A DNA stretch of 63,552 nucleotides from a virus (IMGVR_UViG_3300022744_000006:1-63552), one strand, 5' to 3'. Shown: positions 28,550-39,266, numbered from the stretch's first letter. Numbers and translations: made by a program. The notes: generated by a model not told the origin, from the sequence alone.

Positions 28550-30582
28550 TACACGCCCTGCCCTTGGTACTTGGCTCTGATCGCCGCCTTCTTGTCGTCG
28601 AGAGACTCTTGACCGATGCCAAAGCCTCCGAGCAAGCCCTTCCTCGAACCGATGATTGGCAGGCCAAAGATACCTTCGCTATCTGCCCGATCCTGCTGGT
28701 CCGCGGCAGCTAGCTCAGCGTCCATCGCAGCTTTGTTGGCATCGGATCTGCCCATGGCTACCTGATCGTTCTTGATCAGGTTGGTTCCGTTCCACGTGTT
28801 GTTGCCGATCGTCATGCCAACGATGCTGGCATCGTTCTGCAGTCCGCTGTTGTTCACTCCGATCGTCTCTCCGCTCAGTCCGAGGCGTCGATCGGTTTGC
28901 TTATCTGCGCCTTGCACCTTGCGTGTGTTCGCAAGGTCGACAGCAGAGATCACATCCTTGTCACGAGAGTAGTTGCCATTGATGACACCCTGCTCTCCAG
29001 AGAAGATGTTGCTCATGTTGTTTGAGTTTTGCGAGTTGGCATTGAGTGTCAGGGCGGTTTTGTCGGTGGTGCGACCCCACAAGGCATCCCGCTCTTTCTG
29101 GTCGAACGAGTCTTTCCATGAGTTACGCTGAAACGCGTCATCCTGCATGGTGTTCGCCTGGTTTGCGTAGCCAACCTGACCCTGAAGTCTGGTTTGCTGG
29201 TTGTTCGCGCTGGCCGTGTCGGCAGCGACTCCGCGCTTGTAGGTCTGGTCGAAGCTCGACTCTTGAGCTCGCTCAGCGCCCGTCTCGAACAGGCCAAGGG
29301 CCGCGAGCTGCCTGTCGGCGTTGGACGTTGCGAGTTGGTTGCCCTGGGCGTTGAGGCCAGAGGCGAGCTGTCCTTGCAGCTGCAGCATCTGGTTCGATCG
29401 CTGGACGGCTCCAGCCGCTGCGCCCAAGTCGGTGAGGGTGCGGTCCTGCGAGATCCTGGCGCTGTCGAGCGCGTTCTGCGTGAGCTCCGCGCCTCCTCCG
29501 GCCATCCCGCGCCGGCGCAGGTCGCTCATCCTGGCAGACGAAAGCCCCCGCTCTTGCATCTCCTGGTCCTGGCGCGCCTTCTCGTAGATGAGCTGCTCGG
29601 CAGCCGTGACGCCAGGATTAGTGAGGCTCCCAGCCTTCATCAGCGCCTGCATGGCAGACGCGTAGGCGGCAGGGTCCTCCTGCCCAACGTGGACATCTTT
29701 TGAGCCACGTGACACGCCGCGAAGGTCGGAAAGACCCTCGTCTCGCATGGCTGTGTACTTGGGATCGGCGTAGGCGGAGGCGGCGACCGAGGTGTAGTCG
29801 AGACCGCCGGCCGCCGTGCTTCCAAGCATGCCCAGTGCGTTTTGCTGGGCGGCTAGAGCTTGCGGGTCTGCGATGTTCGCGGTGGATTGAAGCGGGGTGC
29901 TTAGGTTGTCGTAGACGCCGCCAAGGCTTGAAATCGCCGCATCGTTGCGTGAGTTGAGATCGCGCAGACCGGATGTGTAGGCGGCCAGAGACTGGGTCGA
30001 CGCCCCGTTGGCCGCGCCGGCAGACCTGCCGAGCTGAGTGGCAAGGTCCTGGGTTTGGCTGACGTAGTCGCCGTACACGGGATCCATCGAGTCGATGATC
30101 CCGCCCTGCCTTGCAAGCTCGGCTCGATTCGCTGCAAGCGTAGCGTCGGCTGTCCCCTGCAAGCCAGAGATGGCGTTTGCGTTGCGCTTTGTCGTTGCCC
30201 CGATGATGTTGTTTTGGTTCTGCACGCCAGGCGTGGTCGTGGTCCTCATTGGACCAGCGCCAGATCCGCCGTACGCGCCAACGTTGTCTGCGCCGGTAAC
30301 CTTGTCATTCAGCACGCGCGCCGCTTCAATCACCGCGGGGTCGTGTGACGGGTCCCTTCCCTCGCTGAGGGATTTGTTCCATGCGGCGTCGTACTCCGAC
30401 TTCGCCTCAGCTTTGTATTGAGCGACCTTCTCCGGAGTCCAGGGTTGCGCCTGCTGGATTTCCGGAGCTTGCAGGTTGTGACCGCCGTTGGCGTCCTGCT
30501 CGGCCTGGATCTTGGCGATGGTATCCGCCTGCTGCTGCGGAGTCATCGACTCTAGAAGGTAGGATGAGAAGTCGGTAGCCAT
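28549..30582 (-). CDS. putative ejection (DNA pilot-like) protein
   Basis: 677 aa rich in Ala/Gln/Asn/Gly; follows the nozzle-like gene. Confidence 0.7.
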   Translation of the reverse strand: MATDFSSYLLESMTPQQQADTIAKIQAEQDANGGHNLQAPEIQQAQPWTPEKVAQYKAEAKSEYDAAWNKSLSEGRDPSHDPAVIEAARVLNDKVTGADNVGAYGGSGAGPMRTTTTPGVQNQNNIIGATTKRNANAISGLQGTADATLAANRAELARQGGIIDSMDPVYGDYVSQTQDLATQLGRSAGAANGASTQSLAAYTSGLRDLNSRNDAAISSLGGVYDNLSTPLQSTANIADPQALAAQQNALGMLGSTAAGGLDYTSVAASAYADPKYTAMRDEGLSDLRGVSRGSKDVHVGQEDPAAYASAMQALMKAGSLTNPGVTAAEQLIYEKARQDQEMQERGLSSARMSDLRRRGMAGGGAELTQNALDSARISQDRTLTDLGAAAGAVQRSNQMLQLQGQLASGLNAQGNQLATSNADRQLAALGLFETGAERAQESSFDQTYKRGVAADTASANNQQTRLQGQVGYANQANTMQDDAFQRNSWKDSFDQKERDALWGRTTDKTALTLNANSQNSNNMSNIFSGEQGVINGNYSRDKDVISAVDLANTRKVQGADKQTDRRLGLSGETIGVNNSGLQNDASIVGMTIGNNTWNGTNLIKNDQVAMGRSDANKAAMDAELAAADQQDRADSEGIFGLPIIGSRKGLLGGFGIGQESLDDKKAAIRAKYQGQGV

Positions 30583-30929
30583 TAGCCGATCACCAACAAT
30601 CTAATGGTCGAGTACTTTTGACCATTGTTCAGGCCGGAGAACTTCGCTCGGACAGTCGACCCGCCAAATGACCAGTCTGCAGACGTTCCGGTCGACTGCC
30701 ATGTTCCATCCACCGATGCGGTGTAAACGTTCAGGACGGCAAACGGTGCCGCGTCGCTTGAAAACGAGATTCCATCAGCGGTTGAGTACACGTAGTCGTT
30801 GATCTCGACGAGCTTCATCGGCACGACGGACGACATGATCGATCCCATATCTCGGAAGTTTTCTCCGACAGATCGAGAGTCCGCCTTCTCGTCGGATGAC
30901 CACGTTCGGTTGCGAATGGAGGACTTCAT
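30582..30929 (-). CDS. virion protein (putative)
   Basis: Overlaps both neighbours in the late operon. Confidence 0.6.
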   Translation of the reverse strand: MKSSIRNRTWSSDEKADSRSVGENFRDMGSIMSSVVPMKLVEINDYVYSTADGISFSSDAAPFAVLNVYTASVDGTWQSTGTSADWSFGGSTVRAKFSGLNNGQKYSTIRLLVIG

Positions 30930-33610
30930 CGGTACGGCCTCTGATCAACAAAGTCGATGTAGTTCAGGCTGATCGCCTCAATGGCAATGGGCTTGGTGGT
31001 GGAGTTGTAGCCGCTTGCTGCGTACACGGTGAACTTCAACACGATCCCATTGCTAACCGCTGGGAAGTTCCTTGGAACAGTGAACCCAATCGAACACTTG
31101 TTTTGGCTTTGAGCGAGTGTAAGTGGGGTTGTAGTGTCGGCTGGGATCGTTCTAGACAAAGACGTGGAAAGGGCATCGCTCTCAAGAAGGCAGAGAGACT
31201 GAAACTTGTTGGGAGATCTGAATGTCACCGTAACGTCTTGCCAGTGCTTCATCGTATGTGGCGCATTGGTTCCAGCCCCAAAGATTGGCTGAAAACCTAT
31301 GACCATGTTCTCGTAGCTACCGTCTGTCGCTGTGATGGCTACTGTGGTCCTTCCGGCCCAGCAGAAGAGCGGGGAGCGAAGTATCTTGTTGTAGACAATG
31401 AACGTAGGCGACTCGTTGACAAACAAGCTTGGCCTGCGCCTGCAAAACGTGTCCGTCTTTGTGTTGTACGCCCAGATGTTTCCGTTGAACATGATCAAAA
31501 CGTCATCGTTCAACTCATCCACGGATACGACAGGTGGAAGGTTCGATTGGCCGTTGTACGACATTGCAAGAAAGTCGTTGTTCGGGATCGAATCTTGGCG
31601 AGCTGCGGACGAGTTGATCCGTCCATCGGAAAGCTCCCTGATCACACCCTCGCTTGTGATCGAGACAAACCCTCGCGTCGTAAGCGCAAAGACCATATCC
31701 CGGTGCGCGACCGCCGCGTCTGGTCCGGCAATGTCGATGTTCTTATCTACGGGATCAAGGTTCCAGTCGTAACCGTCGCCGACCGATCCGCCCGTGCCGC
31801 TCAGGCGGTACAGGCCATCACTGCAGAAGAACCAAACGCAATCACGCGTGCTGATGATCTTGTGGATGACTCCTGAGCCGGCAAAGGCGAAGTTGCTGGG
31901 CGGGCAAAACTCAGGCTGATTGTTCTCGCTCCATGCGTAGCCGTTTGGCTGGCGCACTCCGACGATCGCCTTCGGAGTCTGATTGTACTCTGGGAGAACC
32001 GGAGCGTAGTTGGCTCCGTGCGTTGCCCTGATCGAGGCGTCTTGAGAGCCGCGCATGCGGAACACGACGCCGCTGGTAGGAACGAAACTTGGATACACGC
32101 CAACGATTGAAGCGTTGGACTTCTGCGGTTCGAGCCCGATCACAGTTATGTCCATCGTGCCGTAGCCAATGCTTGCGTTTGACTGAACGAAGTAGTCAAC
32201 GAAGTTGGTGGCAGAAACGTTTACGCTGTACTCCGTTCCGTTGATCTCGATAGTGTCGTGACACTCCGTGAAAACACTACCACTGTACGAGACAGCGGCG
32301 TCAATGGTTATCGACGTTGCGGTCTTCGAGATGATCTTGTTTCCAAGAGGATTGAGAAGCACCGAGTCAGACGTTCTGTAAACGTACACCTTCAGGCCGT
32401 TTACGTAGCCGGTCGTGTCTGGGAAACCGGATAAAACAGCCGTGCTATTCGCGGTGATCGAGCTGTCATACCTTATGCCGATCCCTTTCGAGCGAATGGC
32501 TAAGCTGTACGTTGGGTAAATCGGTCCCCAGTAGTACGGGTTCAAGATCGTGATGACGGCGGGTTCAACCCTGTTCGCGTAGAAGGCATGGCCTTTGAAC
32601 GAGCAGGCCGTCTTTGACTCGACGGGAGGAAATGGGATCGCGCTCGCCCCTCCTCTTCCGGTGTTCGTGACCAGAGCTTCGCCGAGGGCGTTCTCCATGG
32701 TCCCGTCCTCGAACGAGTGGTAAAGGCTTCCGGCTGTTCGCGGAGCACGAGCGGACATGTAGAACGTTGTCCCGGTGGAGACCGGGAGGTATTTGTTCGT
32801 CCCAGAGTTGTATCCAACCGACTGGGATCTCGTGCGGAAGATCATTATCTCGTGCACATATCCGGCGTCTGGATACGCGCTTGATGCGGAAAACGTTCCC
32901 CACACAGAAGGAACCTGCGCGTTCACCGTGCTCAGGTTCGCGAAGTCGTAAGGCGCGCTCGGAGGAGAGAGAAGTTCGTATCCGTCGGGCTGGGTGATCT
33001 TGATCTGCGCGCACGCGGACATGTGCGAGTTGGCGGATAGAACTCCGCCCTCGGCATCGGGCACAACTCCGCTGTATGAACGGTAGTAGATCGAAGGCTG
33101 AGGAACTCCGCAAAACCTAGGGCCATGTGCCGTGTAGCGAGTGTCTCCAGGGGCCTTGTAGTAGTCGATCGCGAAGCTGGCGAACATGCCAGTGACAATC
33201 AACCTTCCCCTCATGAGGAGCACGCCGGTCTCTTGAGAATGGCTTATGTTCGTGCCGGCAAAGCTTAGCGGTATTGGAGTGGTGAGCTGGTAGTTGTCGA
33301 TCGTGCCGGAAGACTTGTCCGAAACAACGCATACCGCTTGCCAGTAACTGTCGGATGGAAATCCAAACGAGTCGTAAAACTGCCCGAGGTAAACGGTAAG
33401 CGGCCCTTCGGTGACGACGTAAAGAGCCCCCGCGAGCTTTGCGGGAAATGAGAAGTCGGAAGAAGCGGCGAGCTTGGGAACCTGTTCCACCGTTCCGAAG
33501 CTGCGAATGGCCGCGTTCTCACTAAACGCAAAGGCTCCGGCCGCGAACTGGCCCGCCTTGTTCGGCTCCGTGATCATTCCCTGGGGCTTGGTAACAATAA
33601 GCTTGCTCAT
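30926..33610 (-). CDS. tail nozzle or tubular-B-like protein
   Basis: 894 aa, beta-rich; AWSENNQPEF and WFFCSDGLYRLSG propeller-like motifs; directly after the adaptor. Confidence 0.65.
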   Translation of the reverse strand: MSKLIVTKPQGMITEPNKAGQFAAGAFAFSENAAIRSFGTVEQVPKLAASSDFSFPAKLAGALYVVTEGPLTVYLGQFYDSFGFPSDSYWQAVCVVSDKSSGTIDNYQLTTPIPLSFAGTNISHSQETGVLLMRGRLIVTGMFASFAIDYYKAPGDTRYTAHGPRFCGVPQPSIYYRSYSGVVPDAEGGVLSANSHMSACAQIKITQPDGYELLSPPSAPYDFANLSTVNAQVPSVWGTFSASSAYPDAGYVHEIMIFRTRSQSVGYNSGTNKYLPVSTGTTFYMSARAPRTAGSLYHSFEDGTMENALGEALVTNTGRGGASAIPFPPVESKTACSFKGHAFYANRVEPAVITILNPYYWGPIYPTYSLAIRSKGIGIRYDSSITANSTAVLSGFPDTTGYVNGLKVYVYRTSDSVLLNPLGNKIISKTATSITIDAAVSYSGSVFTECHDTIEINGTEYSVNVSATNFVDYFVQSNASIGYGTMDITVIGLEPQKSNASIVGVYPSFVPTSGVVFRMRGSQDASIRATHGANYAPVLPEYNQTPKAIVGVRQPNGYAWSENNQPEFCPPSNFAFAGSGVIHKIISTRDCVWFFCSDGLYRLSGTGGSVGDGYDWNLDPVDKNIDIAGPDAAVAHRDMVFALTTRGFVSITSEGVIRELSDGRINSSAARQDSIPNNDFLAMSYNGQSNLPPVVSVDELNDDVLIMFNGNIWAYNTKTDTFCRRRPSLFVNESPTFIVYNKILRSPLFCWAGRTTVAITATDGSYENMVIGFQPIFGAGTNAPHTMKHWQDVTVTFRSPNKFQSLCLLESDALSTSLSRTIPADTTTPLTLAQSQNKCSIGFTVPRNFPAVSNGIVLKFTVYAASGYNSTTKPIAIEAISLNYIDFVDQRPYR

Positions 33611-34563
33611 CGCAACCTTGCCCTTCTGAGCACGTTCAACGGCGCCCTGATCTTGCGCGTCTCCTCTCGCACGAGGTTCCCATAGAGATTCTCGAAGCGG
33701 GTGAGATCAGCCGTTACATCTCCGGCGAAGTTCGCAGCTTTCTGCTGGTATCCGCGCTGGATCAAAATCTTCGATGATGCAACGTCGACAACGCATCGGT
33801 GGAAGTCGACAGGGAGAACCGGCCACTCGCTCTGGCCGTACACTCGAACCCTGTCACCGGCGACCACGCTATCCAGCACGCACGGGGTGATGATGGTGAA
33901 TGTCGTGCCAGATACGGTAGCTTGTACGTCGCCAACGATTGGCTCAAACCACCCATCGGTTCTTACAATGTCGATCCTGACCGTTCCGCCAACCGCGACA
34001 GGATTCAAGGGATCGCTGTAGTCGAACGGAAGAACAGCAACGCCAATCTGCGCCGTTGAAGCGTTGACGCTGTTCACGTTTCCGTATGCCAGCGGCTGCG
34101 CCGGGGTGAGAGTGCTTGGCTTTCGATAGTGGGATACCCTGAGCACGAATCCGGTGCTGTCTGGAGTGGGGAAGAGGACGATGTCACCGCCGCGGATCGC
34201 GTAGTAAACCGGTGTCCCCGTGGTGCTCTTCGCGCCTTCGAACAAATCCGTGTGGCCCTCCTCGAGCTTGACGAGTCGAGAGAAGTCGATGGTGGACAAG
34301 CTGCTGGTCGAGCCGATGCCAATCTCCACCTTGCTAAGCACCGTGGAGCTCTGTCGGATTCTGTATGACTTCTTGCCGGCGACGCACGCATCGTAATACG
34401 ACGTGAGCCAGATGCCGTTTCGGAACCCAACGATCGTGTCCTGAAACTTCGTCGTGAGAGCGTCGGACATCTCGCGCAGAAGCACCGAGTCGGGATAGTC
34501 GACGGCGCCGTCCTCGATCTGACAGTTCAGCCGAAGCTGAGCAAGCATGTCCGTGGTGTTCAT
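33607..34563 (-). CDS. head-tail adaptor (tail tubular A-like)
   Basis: MNTTDMLAQLR N-terminus, GTPVYYAI...LFPTPD, LPVDFH; position. Confidence 0.7.
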   Translation of the reverse strand: MNTTDMLAQLRLNCQIEDGAVDYPDSVLLREMSDALTTKFQDTIVGFRNGIWLTSYYDACVAGKKSYRIRQSSTVLSKVEIGIGSTSSLSTIDFSRLVKLEEGHTDLFEGAKSTTGTPVYYAIRGGDIVLFPTPDSTGFVLRVSHYRKPSTLTPAQPLAYGNVNSVNASTAQIGVAVLPFDYSDPLNPVAVGGTVRIDIVRTDGWFEPIVGDVQATVSGTTFTIITPCVLDSVVAGDRVRVYGQSEWPVLPVDFHRCVVDVASSKILIQRGYQQKAANFAGDVTADLTRFENLYGNLVREETRKIRAPLNVLRRARLR

Positions 34564-34914
34564 TTAGTAGCCCGCATCTCCCCAGGGATCGTCTTTCCAT
34601 CCACTGGCCAGCGGAGCGTCAGGGTTACCTCCACTTTTGTCGGGCGTCTTGCTGTCGCTCTTGAGATAGGCTTGGAGCAACGAACCGATGTTGTTGTTCC
34701 GGGAGTTCTTTGCATTCTCCCCGATCTCGTTCAGGCCGAAGCGCATGTTTGCAGCTTCTATCCCGTACGGGTTTCCGCCTTCTGACTCTGCTTGCCGCTG
34801 CATGATGCCAAGACGAGTCTTGGTCATCAGGTTCTGCTTTTGACGAGCTTCTTCGGCTCGCGCCTGTTTGTCGCTAGCGGCTGCAGCGAGCAAGGCAATG
34901 ATGGGGAATGCCAC
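34564..34914 (-). CDS. small virion-associated protein
   Basis: GTG overlapping the upstream TAG; GGAGG RBS. Confidence 0.6.
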   Translation of the reverse strand: MAFPIIALLAAAASDKQARAEEARQKQNLMTKTRLGIMQRQAESEGGNPYGIEAANMRFGLNEIGENAKNSRNNNIGSLLQAYLKSDSKTPDKSGGNPDAPLASGWKDDPWGDAGY

Positions 34915-35999
34915 TACCAACCTCCTTGGAACCACCCACTGGCCATGCCAGCGAGTTTATTGAACCACTCTGGATCGAAGCTTTGCCCACGACCTTGCTT
35001 CTGTGGCGTCGAGGCTGGAGCTGCTGCAGCTCCCGGAGATGCTGGGGATGCTGGGGATACGGCGGGCGCTGGCGCGGCGGCTGGGCCAGCGTAGTAGCTG
35101 CCGTCTGCTGCCGTTGGCTGCGCTCCCTCCGGAACTCCGTACGTGTCTGCGTCAAGCTTGGCGCGCTTGACGTTCTCCTCCGCGACGAGCTTGGACACAA
35201 CGTCCGGGGCGTAGTAGTTGCCCTCTGAGTCGTACTGACCGCCGTTGCTTGCAGCACGTGCTTGAGCGGCTTTTACGCGTGCTTCTTTTTGGTCGTCATA
35301 CGACTCGTTGCCAGAAGCTTTCCACTTGGCAATGTTCTCCTGGTCGATCTGCGACTTGCGAACCGCGTTCTTGGAGTTGCTTCCGTACGAGTTGAGCTCT
35401 TCGAGCTGCTGGTCTGTGTAGCCGCCAGCGTACTGCCGCTGTGGGTTTGGCTTGGGCTTCTCCGCAGGGGCTGGATCTTGGGTCGGAGCTGCCGTATCCG
35501 ACGGAGTCTGTTGGCGGGGTTGCGCCGAGCCGCCGCCGCCGAATCCGCCAAGCATCGAGCCCATGGCAGAGCCAATGCCGCTCATCCCGCTCATCAGGCT
35601 TCCGATGTCGAAGCCTCCGGCTCCGGATGCTCCGCGCGGGGTAGAACCAGGGCCGAGCGAGCTCCCGAACGTCTTGGCCGCTGGGACGCCGGCCGAGGGA
35701 AGCTGCAGCCAGTTCCCAACGTCGCCGAGCGCGCTGCCGCCCGGACGCGGGGCCGTCATGACCGTTCCGGTTTGTCCTGGAGAAAATATCTGGGTGAGAT
35801 CCGGAAGGGTACCCCAGTTTCCCACCGCGCCGAGCGCGCTGCCGCCCGGACGCGGAGCGGCCATTGCACCGGGTGATCCTGGGAGGATGTCCCCGATGCC
35901 GGCCGCGGCGTTGTTCGCCCGAGCTTGCTTGTTGATGACGGCCGCAGCTGCGGGATCGTTCATGCCCCAAGCGGGCGCGCTGTTGAAGCTGTAGGGCAT
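34914..35999 (-). CDS. low-complexity Gly/Pro/Ala protein with an internal repeat
   Basis: TAATG coupling; APRPGGSALG.VGNW twice. Confidence 0.65.
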   Translation of the reverse strand: MPYSFNSAPAWGMNDPAAAAVINKQARANNAAAGIGDILPGSPGAMAAPRPGGSALGAVGNWGTLPDLTQIFSPGQTGTVMTAPRPGGSALGDVGNWLQLPSAGVPAAKTFGSSLGPGSTPRGASGAGGFDIGSLMSGMSGIGSAMGSMLGGFGGGGSAQPRQQTPSDTAAPTQDPAPAEKPKPNPQRQYAGGYTDQQLEELNSYGSNSKNAVRKSQIDQENIAKWKASGNESYDDQKEARVKAAQARAASNGGQYDSEGNYYAPDVVSKLVAEENVKRAKLDADTYGVPEGAQPTAADGSYYAGPAAAPAPAVSPASPASPGAAAAPASTPQKQGRGQSFDPEWFNKLAGMASGWFQGGW

Positions 36000-36880
36000 T
36001 ACACCAGCCAAGCTCCTTGGTTACGTGCCACTTCCTCGTCGGTCGGCGCGCGGGGGGCGGGGGGCGGGGGAGGACGCACCACGATGGGCGGAGCTGCCGG
36101 CGGCGCTGGTCGGCGCGCTGGCTGCTGAGCTTGCTGAGGAGATGGCTGGCTGATGGGGCGCTGCCCGGAGTCGTACGTGACCACTCGGCCATCACCCGTG
36201 GTGACAGTCCGCAGGATGGTTCCGTTGGGAGACAGGCCAGCGATCTGCTGGTCGCCGTTCCCGGCGTTGTCGTACTGGGTGTACTGGAACGACGGTTGAC
36301 CGCCGCTCGCGGGAGCAGACTGCACCTTGTACGGCCCGGTGTTTCGAGCTGGTTCGCTGGCGGTCTGCGGCGTCGATCCGCCTGCCCCACCGCCACTGCC
36401 AGCCGCCTGCGGAGCGGCCTGCTGTGGCTGCCGAGGAGCAGCCCAGGGGATGCTTGCCGCGAAGCCACCTGGCATCTGGAGCTGCCCGCCCTGACCTGCG
36501 CCGCCCATGATCCCGCCCGGCTGCTGCGCTCCCCATGCTGCGAGGTTGGGCATCTTTGGCGCGGCCGGCGCCGCTGCCGCTGGGTGATCGTTCTGCGCCA
36601 TCCAAGGCGCCTGAAAACCTGTGTGCTGCGCTGCGCCGCCGGTGCCCCATGGCAGCTTCGGCATCTGCGGCATCTGGAAACCCTGCCCAGCGCCGCCCAT
36701 GATCCCACCCGGCTGTGCTCCCCACGATGGCGCGGAGAAGCCGCCCGGCTTCGGGAAAGCGGCAGCTGCGTTGCTGGCCATCTGACCAAAGGCGCTCATC
36801 GCCCCGCCGAACGGAGAAGCTCCGCCGCTGGGCGCGCCGCCGGCAGAAGGAAGTCCAAACTTTGTCCAATCGACCGGCAT
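35999..36880 (-). CDS. low-complexity Gly/Pro/Gln/Met protein
   Basis: WGAQ(Q)PGGIMGGAGQG twice; abuts neighbours. Confidence 0.65.
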   Translation of the reverse strand: MPVDWTKFGLPSAGGAPSGGASPFGGAMSAFGQMASNAAAAFPKPGGFSAPSWGAQPGGIMGGAGQGFQMPQMPKLPWGTGGAAQHTGFQAPWMAQNDHPAAAAPAAPKMPNLAAWGAQQPGGIMGGAGQGGQLQMPGGFAASIPWAAPRQPQQAAPQAAGSGGGAGGSTPQTASEPARNTGPYKVQSAPASGGQPSFQYTQYDNAGNGDQQIAGLSPNGTILRTVTTGDGRVVTYDSGQRPISQPSPQQAQQPARRPAPPAAPPIVVRPPPPPAPRAPTDEEVARNQGAWLV

Positions 36881-37516
36881 TTAGAAGCTCCAGCGTCTCG
36901 GGCCCTGCTGCCCTCGTTCGAGCTCGTCATTGCGCTCTGCGCGAACGGGAGCCGCTCCTGGAGTTACTGCGGGCGTTGCGCCTGGCGCCGCTGCCGGCGC
37001 GCCCGCCACAGGTGCCGCTGGCGTCTTTGGCGCAGGTCGACCCCACGGGAGGTGGGCCGCAAAGCCCCGCGGCATCTGCATGTTGCTCACGCGCTCGCCA
37101 TGCATTCCACCATGCTCGCCATGCATTCCGCCGTGGCGGCGGTGGCCCATGCCCGGCATTCCCGGCGCTCCGCCGTGGCCGAGCAGATTCATCTTGCTTG
37201 GATCCCATGACCAGGACCCCGGCTTGCCGTCGGCGCCCGCTTCACCGCGAGACCACCCGAGTCGGCCGGCCATTTCATTCATGCGACCCTCAAGGTCGCC
37301 TTGCCCCGCACGTCCTTCGCGAGCTCCGCCGCGCGCTCCCCACACATCGCGCAGTGACGGCAACGGGGCTGAGCCTGGAAGCTGGACAGGTGCAGTGGTC
37401 GGCGCCGCGAGTGGGCCCTGACCTGGAGCCGCCGTCGGCGGCATGGCCGCGGGGGCCGCTGTTGGATACGCGTCAGGCAACGCCTGGCCCGGTAGCTGAT
37501 CGTCTTCTGGGTACAC
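36881..37516 (-). CDS. low-complexity Pro/Ala/Gly protein
   Basis: GGAGG RBS with GTG start; HGGMHGEHGGMHGE repeat. Confidence 0.6.
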   Translation of the reverse strand: MYPEDDQLPGQALPDAYPTAAPAAMPPTAAPGQGPLAAPTTAPVQLPGSAPLPSLRDVWGARGGAREGRAGQGDLEGRMNEMAGRLGWSRGEAGADGKPGSWSWDPSKMNLLGHGGAPGMPGMGHRRHGGMHGEHGGMHGERVSNMQMPRGFAAHLPWGRPAPKTPAAPVAGAPAAAPGATPAVTPGAAPVRAERNDELERGQQGPRRWSF

Positions 37517-37582
37517 GTTGCCTCCGAAAAAATACCGGGACCGCGCGAGGCAGACGACTCACGCGATCCCGGATAGCTGTTG

Positions 37583-38911
37583 TTAGGAAGCCAGCGCGAC
37601 GCCGCCGTTGGCGGTGTTGTTCTGGATGCCCGTGATCAGGAAGTTGCGGTACGGCATCTCAAACACAGGAGCCTGGTTCGAGAAGATGCGCATCGAAGCG
37701 CCCGCGTTGCTCGGCATGTGCGTGAAGAAAGCCTCCGCGCCGCCGCCGATTGGACGCATCGTCAGGTCGGTTGAGCCGACGCGACGGAAGTTGTCCGTGG
37801 AGATAAAGAACGCCTGGCCCTGCTTGGCGTACTGGTAGACGGTCACCTCGATGATTCCCGCTGCCGTCTCGTACATCAGCTGGCTTGCGCCCTGACGCTT
37901 CACCTTGTCGGTGTTGCCGGTGAAGCGCTGCAGAGCACTTGCCTCTTCGGCAAGGTCAGCGAAGGTCGGCGCGCAGACGAACAGCTTGCCGCCGTTCTTC
38001 ACGCCGTTGATGGACACGGCAGCCGCCATGGCCATGATCTTCGCGCGCGACAGGGCGCCGCCCGCGGAGAATGTCATGCAGCGCCACGGAGCAACCGACG
38101 CGGCGTTGATGCCGAAGATGGTACCCGTGTTGTTGTAGATGGCTTCGAGTCCGAAGCACGACTTGGTGCGCCATCCCAGCGGGACGATGCGGTCGTTCGC
38201 CGCGACGGTCGCCGCCGAAGCTGCCTTGGTCAGCGTAAGACGGGTCTGCGTGGTGCTCGGGCGAGCGTCCACGTTGACGTTGGTCTCGCGGAGCGTGGTG
38301 CCGTCAGCCTGGTAGATGTCGACCTTCATGCCGCTGCCGGCAGAGCCGGAGCCGCCGCCGGAGGCGATGATCCACAAGCCGGGGATCCAGCTCGCTTCCG
38401 TGAGGTAGACGACCTGCGTGGCGCCGAGGTTGACGCCGGAGACAGATCCGCCGACCACGCCGATGTTCGAGGCAATGGCAGTCGATGTGCCCGGACCGTA
38501 CGCCAGGGCGAGCTCGCGGTAGAGCGCAGCACCCTGCAGCATCGCCTGAACGGTCTGGTCGAGTGCGGTCTTGTAGGACCCACCCGTGCTGCCGTTGCCG
38601 TTGCCGTTGAGGCTCTTGTAGATCGTGTCGTACGACACAACCGACTGGAGCATGATCGTTGCGCCGTCGAGGTTCGCATTGAGTACGGTCGAATCGACCG
38701 CGGGATTCAGTGCGAATGCGCTGTTGTCGACGTTCGCGGTCTGGCCGAGCTCGAGGCCGGTCAGGACGGGAAAGTTGTAACCGAGACCGGGGCGGTTCTC
38801 GGAGGGAACGAAGTCACCGGCATCAGCCAGGGTGTGCTCGTCTGGCAGCGGGTCGATCCATCGACCGTAGCGCTGCTTGAACATACCCTGGACGTTAGTA
38901 AAACTCGCCAT
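37583..38911 (-). CDS. major capsid protein
   Basis: 442 aa; MFKQRYG N-terminus and G..YNFPV; downstream of scaffold and portal; strong codon bias. Confidence 0.85.
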   Translation of the reverse strand: MASFTNVQGMFKQRYGRWIDPLPDEHTLADAGDFVPSENRPGLGYNFPVLTGLELGQTANVDNSAFALNPAVDSTVLNANLDGATIMLQSVVSYDTIYKSLNGNGNGSTGGSYKTALDQTVQAMLQGAALYRELALAYGPGTSTAIASNIGVVGGSVSGVNLGATQVVYLTEASWIPGLWIIASGGGSGSAGSGMKVDIYQADGTTLRETNVNVDARPSTTQTRLTLTKAASAATVAANDRIVPLGWRTKSCFGLEAIYNNTGTIFGINAASVAPWRCMTFSAGGALSRAKIMAMAAAVSINGVKNGGKLFVCAPTFADLAEEASALQRFTGNTDKVKRQGASQLMYETAAGIIEVTVYQYAKQGQAFFISTDNFRRVGSTDLTMRPIGGGAEAFFTHMPSNAGASMRIFSNQAPVFEMPYRNFLITGIQNNTANGGVALAS

Positions 38912-39238
38912 AACACAGACTCCAAAACGATTAGGGGTTGATTCCCTTTCGCTCGGCGTGCCGTGCTACGTGCGTCTCTCTGAGTGCCGATACTGGGTGC
39001 GGAGTCCTCGGGATCGGGCCGGTGGTTTTCCGTCGCCCTAGCCGTTTCCGGTTGCTGCGCTAAATGGTCCGGTATGGGGTCAGAACTACAGGTGCAGGGT
39101 TCCTACGAAGGATGATTTTTTTCCGGAGAATCTATTGCTTGGGCGCGGTCATCGGACGGTTAGATTTGTCCGATGACCGCTCCTTCGCCGCCGCGCTCCG
39201 GGATGTGTTCCGCGGCATGTCTTGTCATCGACAGGCGG

Positions 39239-39266
39239 ATCTTACGTGATGCTACTCATACGTCAA
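39239..39266 (-). promoter_or_regulatory. sigma70-like promoter upstream of the capsid gene
   Basis: Minus strand TTGACG-N16-TAAGAT with an AT-rich upstream segment. Confidence 0.55.

Noticed and set aside
35296-37635. Long alternative-frame and antisense ORFs (497, 397 and 306 aa)
   Set aside because: These are Arg/Ser-rich shadow ORFs typical of high-GC coding DNA; the chosen frames show stop/start coupling and RBSs.
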